64,000 nucleotides of DNA from an uncultured Ruminococcus sp. GTDB taxonomy: Bacteria; Bacillota; Clostridia; Oscillospirales; Ruminococcaceae. Location: contig CAMNFV010000001.1 in assembly GCA_946537515.1 (NCBI GenBank), positions 6,812 to 70,811 of the forward strand. Reading direction: 5' to 3'. Under the pieces are notes generated by a model that saw only the letters and a list, made by a program, of their open reading frames with translations, was not told where the DNA came from and searched no databases. Of this stretch, positions 51,514-61,716 are shown piece by piece. Positions within the stretch are counted from its first letter, which is position 1; each line of letters starts with the position of its first letter. The position numbers were made by a program, and so were the translations under genes.

Positions 51514-52740
51514 ATGCGAAAGCGGATATTTTTGCTGATTGCGCAGATTTTTCTGCTGATTCTCATGACAGGATGCTATCATGATTCCGGCGCACCGCCC
51601 GTCAGCAGATTTGAGCAGTCTTATGACCAGCTGCATCTCATAGAACGGGAAAAGAATGTGCAGAAACCGGAGCCTGTTACAGCTGCATGGATTCCGTATT
51701 TTACCGTATCGGAGCTGGTGAAATCTTCTGATCCGGCGCAGATCGCTTCTGATATCGAAGCCTATCTGCAAAGTCTCGCGGATATGGGCATCAATACTGT
51801 TTTCGTGCATGTCTGTGCATTCGGTGAAAGCAGCTATCCTTCCGCATATTACCCGGTTCTGCCGCCGGCTGACCGGATAGATATCATGGAAATATTCCGA
51901 TCCTGCTGCGATGCACTTGGCCTATCCTTCCATGCATGGATCAATCCGCTCCGGCTGCAAACAAAGGAATATATGGATGCGCAGCCTGAAGGTTCGCTGC
52001 TGCAATCATGGTATCGCGATCCGCAGCAGCGGAAAGAAAAGCTGTCTGAATGGGACGGCAGATATTACCTCAATCCCGCCGCGGAATCGACGGGCGCATT
52101 TTTATCCGATGTGATCACCGAACTGATTACAAAATATCATCCGGACGGCATCCATATTGATGATTACTTCTATCCGACGGCAGAAGCAGCCTTTGACGCA
52201 GAAGAATTCCGGCAATCCGGCGCGGATGATCTGCCGGAATGGCGGCGCAGCAATATTACGAAGCTGGTCCGGCAATTATATGCCGCAGCACATGCCGCAG
52301 ACTCTGAAATCATCTTTTCGATCAGCCCGCAGGGAAATCTGAATGAGAATCAGAATAAACAATTCGCAGATGTCCCCGCCTGGATACAGGAAGCACAAAC
52401 ATGCGACTGGATCATCCCGCAGCTTTATTTCGGCTACGATCATGAGAAACTGCCCTTTGATCAGCTGCTCCGGGAATGGGCTGATCTGCCGCGCAATCAG
52501 AATGTCAGACTGATGATCGGCCTGGCTGCCTATAAAGTCGGGAAAGAGGATTCTTTCGCGGGTTCCGGTTCGGATGAATGGCAAAAATCAGAAGGGCTTC
52601 TTGCACGTCAGACAGCAGATGCCGGCAGCTATCCGGAGATCAGCGGGATTGCGCTGTATCATGCGGATGCGCTGCGGTCACTTCCGGTTTCTGAACAGCA
52701 GGCATTGCAGAATATGCTGTCAGCTTTCCGCAAAACATGA
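51514..52740 (+). CDS. Glycosyl-hydrolase-like family 10 (GHL10/DUF187, YngK-like) lipoprotein
   Basis: 408 aa. LLILMTGC lipobox. AAWIPYF...LADMGINTVFVHVCAFGESSYPS, HAWINPLR, DGIHIDDYFYP. Confidence 0.7.
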   Translation: MRKRIFLLIAQIFLLILMTGCYHDSGAPPVSRFEQSYDQLHLIEREKNVQKPEPVTAAWIPYFTVSELVKSSDPAQIASDIEAYLQSLADMGINTVFVHVCAFGESSYPSAYYPVLPPADRIDIMEIFRSCCDALGLSFHAWINPLRLQTKEYMDAQPEGSLLQSWYRDPQQRKEKLSEWDGRYYLNPAAESTGAFLSDVITELITKYHPDGIHIDDYFYPTAEAAFDAEEFRQSGADDLPEWRRSNITKLVRQLYAAAHAADSEIIFSISPQGNLNENQNKQFADVPAWIQEAQTCDWIIPQLYFGYDHEKLPFDQLLREWADLPRNQNVRLMIGLAAYKVGKEDSFAGSGSDEWQKSEGLLARQTADAGSYPEISGIALYHADALRSLPVSEQQALQNMLSAFRKT

Positions 52741-52744
52741 AGCA

Positions 52745-52787
52745 AACAAAACCGCAGAGTCATTCCATTCTCTGCGGTCTGTTTTTA
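52745..52787. terminator. Bidirectional terminator between convergent genes
   Basis: ACCGCAGAG-tcattccatt-CTCTGCGGT followed by CTGTTTTT, with an A-rich tract upstream. Confidence 0.7.
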
Positions 52788-53426
52788 TTCTTCTGTTTGA
52801 AGTGTGGATTCGATCCCGAGTTCCTTCAGCGCAGCCTCAAACTGAGCTGAATAGCGCTCCGCGATATTTCCGGCGCCGATCAGCGGCTCTGCAACCTGTT
52901 TTCCGTTTGCATCCACGAAAAGTGTGGTCGGTGTATATAAAAGCTGCTCATACAGTTTCTGCAAATCACCGTCACCGGATGCAAGTGTAATACCGGTAAA
53001 GCCGCATTCAGTCAGAAATTTACCGATCTCGCTGCCCGACGCGGAAATATCCGCATCCAGACACCATGTCATAATATTCAGATTCTCCGGGAGAGATTTT
53101 GCATATTCTGCAAGTTCCGGCATCTCTCTGACGCAAGGGCCGCAGGTCGTAGACCAGATATTGATCGCAGTCACATCTGCCTCGGCAAAATCGGCAGGCG
53201 TAAAGCTGCTCCCTTCTATGGTCTTCGCCTGGAAGCTCAGCAGGTCAGGGAAATCGGATTCAGATTCTGATACAGATTCAGAATCGCTGCGCTCATCCGG
53301 CGCAGCAGTTTCCGGTTTTGAATCAGATGACTGCGCTGTATCAATCGAATCAGGGAGAGTGGATAAACCGCAGGCGCTCAGCAGCAAACCGCCTGTCATC
53401 AGCAAAAGTGCCCCTAAATGTTTCAT
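52785..53426 (-). CDS. TlpA/ResA-like thiol-disulfide oxidoreductase lipoprotein
   Basis: ORF to 53600, trimmed to ATG 53426 (GAGGAA RBS). MKHLGALLLMTGGLLLSAC lipobox. Thioredoxin motif INIWSTTCGPCVREMPEL. Confidence 0.8.
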   Translation of the reverse strand: MKHLGALLLMTGGLLLSACGLSTLPDSIDTAQSSDSKPETAAPDERSDSESVSESESDFPDLLSFQAKTIEGSSFTPADFAEADVTAINIWSTTCGPCVREMPELAEYAKSLPENLNIMTWCLDADISASGSEIGKFLTECGFTGITLASGDGDLQKLYEQLLYTPTTLFVDANGKQVAEPLIGAGNIAERYSAQFEAALKELGIESTLQTEE

Positions 53427-53521
53427 TTTATTTCCTCGTTTCGTTAGGCTGTATGACTCCGTGTCTTCTATCTTTTGATGTATTCTACCATGCGATTGTG
53501 ATAAATGCATGATATTTGCAT

Positions 53522-53561
53522 AAAAGAAACAGCACAGCAGTTTTTTTCTCTGCTGTGCTGT
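53522..53561 (-). terminator. Intrinsic terminator after the GH10 gene
   Basis: Minus strand reads ACAGCACAGCAG-agaaaaaaa-CTGCTGTGCTGT followed by TTCTTTT. Confidence 0.75.
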
Positions 53562-53574
53562 AAAATATTGCCGC

Positions 53575-56500
53575 TTATAATGAATCCACGAGCTTTGCAA
53601 TATACTTCAGAATCTGAATGACATCTTCTCCGGTCAGTCCGGCTTTTCCGTCAACATCCGCGTTGATCTTACCCTGTGCCTGAATATTTGCATCGCTGTC
53701 CTCTGCAACAAAACGTGCAAGCAGAACGGCATCGGATACATCAACCGCCTCATCAAGATTGACATCGCCGGGCAATCCGGCAGATTCACCTGTCAGCTTC
53801 AGAACGCCGAAGCAATGCGTATCGGTATAGCCCATACCGGATTTATCGCCGCTCCAGATGACGGAACCTGCGCGCTCGCCGGTATTTGCATCATCATTGA
53901 TCTGGATATCAAAGCCGACTGTCTGGCCGGATTTCAGCACGCCGCCGACTGCCGGAATTGCCAGCTCAACGAGATAGCCGCCGGATGTCAGGGCCGCTGC
54001 CGACTTGAAATCGTCAACTGATCTGTTGTCAGATACCGATTTGCTGTTGTCATAACCGACGCGGCATTGGATATCATCCGTCTGATACGAAGTTGTTTTC
54101 TCGTTATTCTGATCGAAGAAGACCTCGACGGTATCGCATTCCCAATGGTTGCCGCTGGATGCGTGCGTGCCGTTCGGATCGGTTACTTCAACCAGTACGT
54201 AGAGATTCTTGCTGTCCCAGAGCACTCTTGCAATGCCCTGCGCATTGGTACCGCTTTTGCCCATGGTAAATGTATCGACTCTGAGCTCCGGTGCATTCTT
54301 CCATGCATCGTCAATCTTACCGTCAATCTGAACGGTACCCGATGCTGCTTCACCGTAGGTCGGAGCCGAAGCAAGCGTGATCATTCCGGAATTTTCTTTG
54401 GAAAGGCTGCCTTCCAGGCTGTTCCATGCATCATCGCCGAGTGCGATATCAAAGCTGTACTGTGCGCCGGGCTTTGCATCGCTGACAAGGATCGAAGTCA
54501 CATAGGTCTCGCCTGCCTTCATGCTCCTGGAAGCTGCTTCCTTGCCGTCGAGCATGGCTGTCATCTTCGCGTCCTTCTTCGCCGTCACAGAAACGACAAG
54601 TCCGGAAGCATCGCTGTATACGGTCTTGAAGGAACCGGAATTGCCGATTGCCGCAGCTGCCTGCATATCAAATGCTTTCTTCTGTTTCTCCAGGATCTCA
54701 GCCTCAGACTCGCCGGCAGCACTCGGAATGATGATCGCATCCTTGCTCTTAACGGTCTGAATCTCCTTTGTCGGATCAAGCACCGCATAGAACGAAGGCT
54801 TTGCGTGATAATCCTCATCAAAGAGAACCGGATAGCCGCCGATCCAGCTGGTCGAATCGGTGATGCCCCAGATCACGACTGCCGTGACATTTGCGCCGTT
54901 CTTCTTCGCCGCGATGATCGTATTCATGATATCGCTGTAACGCTGTGCAAGCTCAAGCTGCGAAGAACGGGTATTGCTCTTATTGTTGATATCAAGCTCG
55001 GTGACATGGATTTCCAGCCCGAGATCGCCGTACTTTTTCAGCGCTTCCGCATAGCTTTCCTTTGTCGGAGAGCTCATCTGGAGATGCGACTGCATGCCGA
55101 TGCCGTCAATCAGCTTATCTTCCTGAAGGCCTTTGACCATTTTGATGATCGCGTCGCGCTTTGCCGGCGTATACTCATTGAAATCATTGTAGAAGAGCTT
55201 TGTACCGGCCGGTGCATATTCTCTTGCATACTTGAATGCATACGTGATATAATCTTCACCGATCGTCTTGATCCACGGCGAATATGCCTCATTTTCCTCT
55301 GTCGATCCGGGCTTCCGGTAGGAACCGTCATCGAGGAACGCTTCATTGACAACATCCCAGCAGTAGAAATTGACATTCGGATAATCCGCTTTGATCTGCG
55401 TGAAAACAGCCTTGATGTAATTTTCCATACGCTTGAGCATTGTCTCACGCGAAGCCCATTCGCCGCCTGCTTGATAGCCCTTGCGGAAGAACCAGTCCGG
55501 TGTCTGGCTGTGCCATACAAGCGTATGGCCGCGAACCGGGAGTTTCAGCGATTCTGCATATTTCAGCAGCTTATCTGCACCCTGCAAATTGATCACAACA
55601 TCGGTCTCGCTGCCGGATGCCTGCATTTTCTTCTCATCCAGAAGCGCTTCCGGCTTCAGCTCATTGCCGAGCGTCAGGGAATTGAAGTGCTTCTTGATGA
55701 TATCCTGTGCGGCCTTCGGTGTGATCTCGGAATCCGTTGCAGCACATCCGAGCTTGAACAGATCCTCGTAGCCGTCCTTGAGATTCGGAATATCGGTTTC
55801 AATTTCCGGCTCTGCAAGCGCCTTGCATTCCACATCGTCAATATAGAAATCCATGCGCAGATCCTGATCGGACGGATTGCTCGACCACTTCGGCTGCACA
55901 TAGAATGCGATATTCGTCGCGCCTTCCGGAATCGTATACCGCGTGGAAATCTGAACCCACTCGCCTCTTGCAGTCACTTCATCCGCAAGATTCATATACT
56001 GCATCGTGCCGCCGAGATTGTACATCAGATAGCTCTGGAAGGATGCCGTATCCGTCCAGTCCTTGCCGTCATACGCAACCCAGCAGGAGAAGGAATAGTA
56101 GCCGCCTTGCTTGCAATAGAGCGTGCAGTCTACCGCCGGGCTCATCCAGAGCTCGGAACGGTTATTGGTATACAGCGAATACTTGCCGCTGTGTGCCATT
56201 TTATCAGAGACCTTGATATCGCAGGATCTGCCGTACCAGTCGGCAACCTTTCCGTCATCGAAATCATAGGAGAAGCCTTCCGCATCGGCGCCCTCATGCT
56301 TTTCGCCGGTCGCTGTGCAGTCGTCAATATAATACGGAAGATCGGTATCGCTGCATTGTGTATACAGCGTAATACCCGTGACACCCTCAGGGAATGTGAC
56401 ATCGGCTTTCAGCTCGCTCCATTCGCCCTTTGTCGCATTAACCTGTCCGACGCTGCCGTAACGGGTTTCACCGTTCTGCACATATTTATATCCGAGCTGG

Positions 56501-56850
56501 AAGGACTGCGACGCGCTGGCAGACTCATCATCGTAATAAAACCAAAGCGAACAGGAATAACTTTCGCCGGCATAGAAATAGCCGACCTTGCTGCATTCTG
56601 CACCCTGCCAGTCCTGCTCACGGTCCGTGATAAACATACTGGTTGTTCCGCCGTGCGCCTGTTTGGTTGAGAGCGAAACGGTTGCGGCATCGCCGTGTGA
56701 TGCCCAGCCGCAGGATTTGCCGTCCTCAAAATCATCTGAGAACAGCTCGACCGGTTCTGCATATGCGGTCATCTGCACCGGTAATACAGACATCGCGCTG
56801 CACAGAACAGCCGCGGCGCTGACTGCGCCGAAGATTCTCGATCCTTTCAT
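53575..56850 (-). CDS. Multimodular GH10 endo-xylanase: 2x CBM22-like + GH10 + unassigned module + CBM9-like + dockerin
   Basis: 1091 aa. Signal peptide. CBM22-like: FSDDFEDGKSCGW...YYIDDC and FDFDDGKVADWYGR...FYIDDVE. GH10: GHTLVWHSQTPDWFF, WDVVNEAF, HVTELDI, WGITDSTSW. CBM9-like: IDGKIDDAWKNAPELRV...DTVEVFFD. Dockerin: GDVNLDEAVDVSDAVLLARF...ADVDGKAGLTGEDVIQILKYIAKL. Confidence 0.9.
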   Translation of the reverse strand: MKGSRIFGAVSAAAVLCSAMSVLPVQMTAYAEPVELFSDDFEDGKSCGWASHGDAATVSLSTKQAHGGTTSMFITDREQDWQGAECSKVGYFYAGESYSCSLWFYYDDESASASQSFQLGYKYVQNGETRYGSVGQVNATKGEWSELKADVTFPEGVTGITLYTQCSDTDLPYYIDDCTATGEKHEGADAEGFSYDFDDGKVADWYGRSCDIKVSDKMAHSGKYSLYTNNRSELWMSPAVDCTLYCKQGGYYSFSCWVAYDGKDWTDTASFQSYLMYNLGGTMQYMNLADEVTARGEWVQISTRYTIPEGATNIAFYVQPKWSSNPSDQDLRMDFYIDDVECKALAEPEIETDIPNLKDGYEDLFKLGCAATDSEITPKAAQDIIKKHFNSLTLGNELKPEALLDEKKMQASGSETDVVINLQGADKLLKYAESLKLPVRGHTLVWHSQTPDWFFRKGYQAGGEWASRETMLKRMENYIKAVFTQIKADYPNVNFYCWDVVNEAFLDDGSYRKPGSTEENEAYSPWIKTIGEDYITYAFKYAREYAPAGTKLFYNDFNEYTPAKRDAIIKMVKGLQEDKLIDGIGMQSHLQMSSPTKESYAEALKKYGDLGLEIHVTELDINNKSNTRSSQLELAQRYSDIMNTIIAAKKNGANVTAVVIWGITDSTSWIGGYPVLFDEDYHAKPSFYAVLDPTKEIQTVKSKDAIIIPSAAGESEAEILEKQKKAFDMQAAAAIGNSGSFKTVYSDASGLVVSVTAKKDAKMTAMLDGKEAASRSMKAGETYVTSILVSDAKPGAQYSFDIALGDDAWNSLEGSLSKENSGMITLASAPTYGEAASGTVQIDGKIDDAWKNAPELRVDTFTMGKSGTNAQGIARVLWDSKNLYVLVEVTDPNGTHASSGNHWECDTVEVFFDQNNEKTTSYQTDDIQCRVGYDNSKSVSDNRSVDDFKSAAALTSGGYLVELAIPAVGGVLKSGQTVGFDIQINDDANTGERAGSVIWSGDKSGMGYTDTHCFGVLKLTGESAGLPGDVNLDEAVDVSDAVLLARFVAEDSDANIQAQGKINADVDGKAGLTGEDVIQILKYIAKLVDSL

Positions 56851-57079
56851 ATTTTCTTTCCCCTTTAAAATAATATTGCGGTATTATGACTATATAATAC
56901 CACAATCATGATATCACAAAATGTGCAAAAAGTCAATGAAAAACGCGAAACATCGCAAGACTTGCAAATATTGCGATTCTTTCTGTTCTGTCATTTTTAT
57001 GCGTTCCCATTGAAATTTTGTCTATATTATGGTATACTGATAGAAAACTTGCTATTCGGTAGAGAAAGGATGTGTACCT

Positions 57080-57754
57080 ATGCCGAATATTTTACTCGTA
57101 GAAGATGATGAACAGCTTGCCCGCACGCTGATTCGGTTTCTGCAATCAGAAGGATTTCAGGTGATCCACGCAACCGGTCAGACAGACGGTCTCGCAAAAT
57201 ACCGGCAAAACAGCTTTGACTGTGCGCTGCTCGATATCTCATTACAGGACGGAAACGGCTTTTCAATCTGCTCTGCAATCAAAGCAGATTCTGATACACC
57301 GGTTATCTTCCTGACTGCATCTGCGGATGAAGCCTGCACAGTCGCCGGATTCGACGTCGGCGCGGATGATTATATCGGGAAACCGTTCCGCCCGCGTGAA
57401 CTGATCGCCCGCATCAAGAATGCCATGCGCCGCAAGCATCGCGGCTCCACGCTGCTCACCTGTCAGAATTTACAGCTCGATCAGTCCAAGGGCGTTGTGA
57501 CGAAAAGCGGCAGCGAGCTGTTTCTCTCCGCACTTGAATACCGGCTGCTGCTCGTGCTCCTGACCAATAAGGATCAGCTGCTCTCCCGCGACAGACTGAT
57601 TGATGAGCTATGGTCTGCATCCAGCGAATTTGTTTCTGATAATACGCTGAATGTCTATATGAAGCGACTGCGCGAGAAAATCGAAGATGATCCGCAAAAT
57701 CCGAAGATCATCAAAACCGTCCGCGGAATGGGCTATAAGGTCGTGTCGCAATGA
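57080..57754 (+). CDS. OmpR-family response regulator
   Basis: 224 aa. ILLVEDDEQLARTL, DCALLDISLQDGNG, and a C-terminal winged helix ending TVRGMGYKV. Confidence 0.85.
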   Translation: MPNILLVEDDEQLARTLIRFLQSEGFQVIHATGQTDGLAKYRQNSFDCALLDISLQDGNGFSICSAIKADSDTPVIFLTASADEACTVAGFDVGADDYIGKPFRPRELIARIKNAMRRKHRGSTLLTCQNLQLDQSKGVVTKSGSELFLSALEYRLLLVLLTNKDQLLSRDRLIDELWSASSEFVSDNTLNVYMKRLREKIEDDPQNPKIIKTVRGMGYKVVSQ

Positions 57755-58746
57755 AGAATTACAGCGGACGAGAAACCGTCATACACATCTTTATAATCGC
57801 AGCTGCAACGGTCATCTGCGCGATCATTCATCCGGCCTCTGCGGTTGTTGTGCTGGCTGCCGGACTGATCGCGGAAGCGGTTCACAAATACTATGCGAAT
57901 CAGCGTGCGCAGCAGATTATTGGACTCTGCGATGAAATCAGCCGGATTCTCCACGGCGCCGATGAGGTGACATTTGATGCCTGCAATGAAGGAGAACTGA
58001 GCATCCTTGCTGCGGAAATCCGGAAAATGACCGTGCGGCTGCGTGAACAGAATGCTGCGCTCCGGCAGGAACGCGGATTTATGCAGGAATCCCTTGAGGA
58101 TATTTCGCATCAGCTCCGCACGCCGCTGACATCGGTCATATTGCTGGCCGATTTGATGCGCAAACCGAATCTGACCAAAGCACAGCAGGCCGAAAACCTC
58201 AATGAACTGCTCTCGCTGCTCTCCCGGATGCAATGGCTGATCGAAACGCTGCTCGGCCTTTCCCGGCTCGATGCAGGCTCCGTCAGCTTCCAGCAGTCGG
58301 AATTCTCCGTCCGGACGATGATTGCAGATGCGCTGGAGCCGATCTCAATCGCGCTGGAACTGAAAGACATAGCCGTAGATATTCAAATAGATGAAAAGGC
58401 GACTATTACCGGCGATTTGCCCTACTGCACGGAAGCATTCTGCAATCTGCTCAAGAATTGTATGGAGCATACGCCGGAAGGCGGTTCGATCTCCATTCAG
58501 GCTGAGACCACAGCGCTGTATCAGGGCATCCTGATCACCGATACCGGAAACGGCATCGCAGAGGACGACCTGCCGCATGTATTCGAGCGTTTCTATCGCG
58601 GCAATTCCTTTTCCAAATCCGGTTACGGCATCGGACTCGCATTCGCAAGAAGAATCATTACCGCCCAGGGCGGCAGCATCCAGGTTCGGAATGCTCCGCC
58701 GAAAGGTGCGCAATTTGATATCCGGTTCTATCATTCCGTCGTATAA
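57751..58746 (+). CDS. Small intramembrane-sensing-type histidine kinase
   Basis: 331 aa. Two N-terminal TM helices with almost no loop. H-box ISHQLRTPLTSV, N-box LLKNCMEHTP, G-box GYGIGLAFA. The start overlaps the regulator stop. Confidence 0.85.
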   Translation: MKNYSGRETVIHIFIIAAATVICAIIHPASAVVVLAAGLIAEAVHKYYANQRAQQIIGLCDEISRILHGADEVTFDACNEGELSILAAEIRKMTVRLREQNAALRQERGFMQESLEDISHQLRTPLTSVILLADLMRKPNLTKAQQAENLNELLSLLSRMQWLIETLLGLSRLDAGSVSFQQSEFSVRTMIADALEPISIALELKDIAVDIQIDEKATITGDLPYCTEAFCNLLKNCMEHTPEGGSISIQAETTALYQGILITDTGNGIAEDDLPHVFERFYRGNSFSKSGYGIGLAFARRIITAQGGSIQVRNAPPKGAQFDIRFYHSVV

Positions 58747-58786
58747 AAGCAAGCTGCAAATGCACCCCGCAGCTTGCTTTTTGTTA
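58747..58786 (+). terminator. Intrinsic terminator after the kinase
   Basis: AAAGCAAGCTGC-aaatgcaccc-GCAGCTTGCTTT followed by TTGTTA. Confidence 0.75.
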
Positions 58787-58861
58787 TGACCGCTGTTTGA
58801 CAAACCGCGCAGTTCATGCTATAATATAATGATAGATTATTGAAGAAAGGCTGATCCTTGC

Positions 58862-59776
58862 ATGGTAATCCCCTTTGCCCCGCCTGTTCTCACAGACAGA
58901 GCAGCAATCTGTAAAGCAGTATCGGATGCAAAGGCCGTCGAAAACGACGCATCCTTTGTGAATATATATCTACTCCGGCAAAAATACGGCATTGAAATTG
59001 CATTTTCTGACACAATGCTCCTGCGGCGTTATCAGGACGGTTTCCGCCGCGATACCTACGGCTTTCCGCTCGGAGAGGGCGATCTCCGTCATGCGCTGAA
59101 GCTGCTGCGTGATGATGCGGCAGCGCGGGCGCTTCCGCTCCGGCTGACGATGCTGACGAAAGCTCAATGTGAACGGCTTCAGCTGGAATTCCCGGATTGC
59201 TTTACATTCACGCCGGCTGAGAATTATACGGAATATCTGTATCTGCGTGAAAATCTCGCTGAAATGCGCGGCAGCCGGTACCATGGCAAGCGCAATCACA
59301 TCTCACAATTCTGGCGCGCCTATCCGGATGCATATATTCAGCCGCTGATTCCTGAGAATGCCGAATTTGCACTGCAAATCGCGGATCAATGGCTCGCTGC
59401 ACGGCCTGATCCTTCCGAAAGCTCGCTGCAATTTGAACGCGCCTGCATCAAAGAAGCTGCTGCGAATCTGGAAGCGCTCGGGCTTTCCGGCCTGCTGCTC
59501 TACGCAGAGGGTCAGCCAATCGGCATGACAATGGTTTCAGAGATTTCAGCCGGGATCTATGATATTCATTATGAAAAAGTCATCCCCGGATATCCGCACG
59601 CCTGGCCGGTTGTTGCGAATGAAATGGCAAAATGCCTCTCCGGCGCGCAGTATCTGAACCGCGAAGAGGATCTCGGAGAAAACGGAATGCGGACATCCAA
59701 ACAGTCCTACCGGCCGGATATTCTCAATGAAAAATTTATCGCGGAATGGCATGGAAAGGAGTCAGACCTATGCTGA
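58862..59776 (+). CDS. DUF2156-like protein (lysyl-phosphatidylglycerol synthase C-terminal-domain-like fold)
   Basis: 304 aa. YEYLYLRENLAEMRGSRYHGKRNHISQF and YAEGQPIGMTMVS. The family call comes from my recollection of the motif only. Confidence 0.5.
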   Translation: MVIPFAPPVLTDRAAICKAVSDAKAVENDASFVNIYLLRQKYGIEIAFSDTMLLRRYQDGFRRDTYGFPLGEGDLRHALKLLRDDAAARALPLRLTMLTKAQCERLQLEFPDCFTFTPAENYTEYLYLRENLAEMRGSRYHGKRNHISQFWRAYPDAYIQPLIPENAEFALQIADQWLAARPDPSESSLQFERACIKEAAANLEALGLSGLLLYAEGQPIGMTMVSEISAGIYDIHYEKVIPGYPHAWPVVANEMAKCLSGAQYLNREEDLGENGMRTSKQSYRPDILNEKFIAEWHGKESDLC

Positions 59777-60243
59777 GTTCGATTCTCTCCGGAAGCACAT
59801 GTGCAAAATGCAGAAACTGCTGCATTTTTGAGGAACAAAGCGCATGGGAGCTGCCGACATTCTCCGTCGGGGCCGCGGCGCGTCTTGCCGATCATCCCGA
59901 TTATCCGATGACAGAGGAAAACGGCAGATACCGGATCGCACTCCCCTATGATGAAACTCATGCTGCACAGCCCTGCCCGTTCCTCGATCCGGATTCCGGA
60001 TGTACGCTTCCGGCATCAGAAAAACCGTTTGCCTGCTCGCTGTGGCCGGTTCGGCTGATGCGCGATCCTGAATCCGGTGAACCGCGTCTTGCGCTGTATC
60101 AGGGGTGTCCCGGCGTTCCTGCCGACGACCATGCAGGCCTTGATGCCCTGCTGGATTCCGGTCTGCGGGAACGTATTTTTGCAGAGGCGGACGCCGATCC
60201 GTCATTGATTTTACCGTATCACCGCAATTACCGTTTTCTCTGA
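59770..60243 (+). CDS. YkgJ-like Cys-cluster protein
   Basis: ORF from 59746, trimmed to ATG 59770 (AAGGAG 8 nt upstream; overlaps the previous stop). CAKCRNCC (CxxCxxCC) plus a CPFLDPDSGC motif. Confidence 0.5.
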   Translation: MLSSILSGSTCAKCRNCCIFEEQSAWELPTFSVGAAARLADHPDYPMTEENGRYRIALPYDETHAAQPCPFLDPDSGCTLPASEKPFACSLWPVRLMRDPESGEPRLALYQGCPGVPADDHAGLDALLDSGLRERIFAEADADPSLILPYHRNYRFL

Positions 60244-60270
60244 ACGATGCCAATCAAAGGAGGCTTTCCA

Positions 60271-61698
60271 ATGCCGCATTATCCGCAGCCGGAAGCTGTT
60301 TTCCGGTATTTCTCCGAACTCGCTTCCATTCCGCACGGTTCCGGCCATACAGAGCTGATCCGTGAATGGGCTCTTGATACTGCAAAACGTCTGAATCTTG
60401 ATGCATATGCCGATGAAACCGGAAATGTTGTCATCCGGAAACCCGCATCGCCGGGCTATGAATCGCATCCGCGTGTCATTTTGCAGGGGCATATGGATAT
60501 GGTCTGCGCAAAGCTGCCGGACTGTAATAAGGATATGGAGACCGAAGGCCTTGACCTGATCTGGGGCGAGGAATTTCTCACAGCAGACGGCACAACACTC
60601 GGCGGCGATGACGGCATTGCGATCGCCTATGCATTTGCGATTCTCGAATCCGATACGATTCCGCATCCGCCGCTCACGGCCGTCTTTACGGTCGATGAGG
60701 AAACCGGCATGGACGGCGCAGCGGCAATCAGCCCGGATGCGCTGGAGGGTACCTATCTTATCAACATTGACTCCGAAGACGAAGGCATCTTCACAGTCGG
60801 ATGCGCAGGCGGTGTCCGTTCGCATCTTTGCTATCCGGTTCAGCTTTCTCCTGCAAAGGGCTCACTTGTTGCACTTTCACTCTGCGGGCTTACCGGCGGA
60901 CACTCCGGTACAGAGATTCATAAGCCGCTCCTGAATGCAAATACGCTGATGCTGCATCTGCTGCGATCGGTTCCGCAGAAGCTCCGTCTTTGCACATGGG
61001 AGGGCGGTATCCGGGATAATGTCATTCCGACAGACTGTACCGCAGAGGTTGTCGTGCCGGATCCGGATGCAAAGGCATTCATGCAAGCCGTCACGGAGAA
61101 ACTGAATCAGATCAAAGCAGAATATCCGCATGAATCCGGTATAACCCTTAAAACAAGCATCGCCCCGAACTGCGAGCCCCTTGCAGTCGAACATACAGAT
61201 GCGCTGCTGGATGCACTCGCGCTCCTGCCGAACGGCGTACAGAAAATGAATGAAAGACTCGGTATGCCGCAGACCTCGCTGAATCTCGGAATCTTCACGC
61301 TGCCGGAATACGGAGAATCCATGCATGTCGATGCGCTCATCCGCAGCGGAAGCAATGCCGAAAAGCGGCAGCTGGCTGACAGGCTCCGGCAGCTCGCGGA
61401 GCAGGCAGGCGGAAGCACCTCGGAATCCGGTGATTATCCGGCATGGGAGTATGTACCGGATACCGTCCTTGAACAGACCGCTGTCAAGGTGTTCTGTGAT
61501 CTCTACGGCGGGAAACCGAAGATCGAAACCATTCATGCCGGGCTGGAATGCGGCATTCTCAATGCCAAGGCGCCGCAGCTGCAATGCATCTCGATCGGCC
61601 CGGATCTGCTCGATATCCATACCCCGCGTGAGCGGCTCTCAATCGCGTCCGCAGCCCGTACATGGGATTTCCTGCTGGCGCTTCTCAAAGCACTCTGA
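60271..61698 (+). CDS. pepD: Aminoacyl-histidine (Xaa-His) dipeptidase PepD, M20 family
   Basis: ORF from 60247, trimmed to ATG 60271 (AAGGAGG). FSELASIPHGSGH, LQGHMDMVC, GGDDGIAIAY, DEETGMDGA, TIHAGLECG. Confidence 0.85.
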   Translation: MPHYPQPEAVFRYFSELASIPHGSGHTELIREWALDTAKRLNLDAYADETGNVVIRKPASPGYESHPRVILQGHMDMVCAKLPDCNKDMETEGLDLIWGEEFLTADGTTLGGDDGIAIAYAFAILESDTIPHPPLTAVFTVDEETGMDGAAAISPDALEGTYLINIDSEDEGIFTVGCAGGVRSHLCYPVQLSPAKGSLVALSLCGLTGGHSGTEIHKPLLNANTLMLHLLRSVPQKLRLCTWEGGIRDNVIPTDCTAEVVVPDPDAKAFMQAVTEKLNQIKAEYPHESGITLKTSIAPNCEPLAVEHTDALLDALALLPNGVQKMNERLGMPQTSLNLGIFTLPEYGESMHVDALIRSGSNAEKRQLADRLRQLAEQAGGSTSESGDYPAWEYVPDTVLEQTAVKVFCDLYGGKPKIETIHAGLECGILNAKAPQLQCISIGPDLLDIHTPRERLSIASAARTWDFLLALLKAL

Positions 61699-61716
61699 CC
61701 GACAGGAGGAATCAAC

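Noticed and set aside
54067-56670. Very long ORFs antisense to recognised genes. Examples: 54067-56670(+) 867 aa; 46110-48230(+) 706 aa; 9763-11772(+) 669 aa; 36014-37477(+) 487 aa; 5414-6754(+) 446 aa; 16803-17795(-) 330 aa; 30366-31241(-) 291 aa; 34899-35714(-) 271 aa; 33107-33886(-) 259 aa.
   Set aside because: - Each lies in the mirror frame of a gene with clear family motifs (GH10, GH9, PL11, prfC, thiI, AKR, CobW-like, SufBD, HK).
- The translations are Arg/Cys/His/Ile-rich with no motifs, no RBS and no signal.
- They are shadow ORFs, explained by the sense strand rarely using TTA, CTA or TCA codons.
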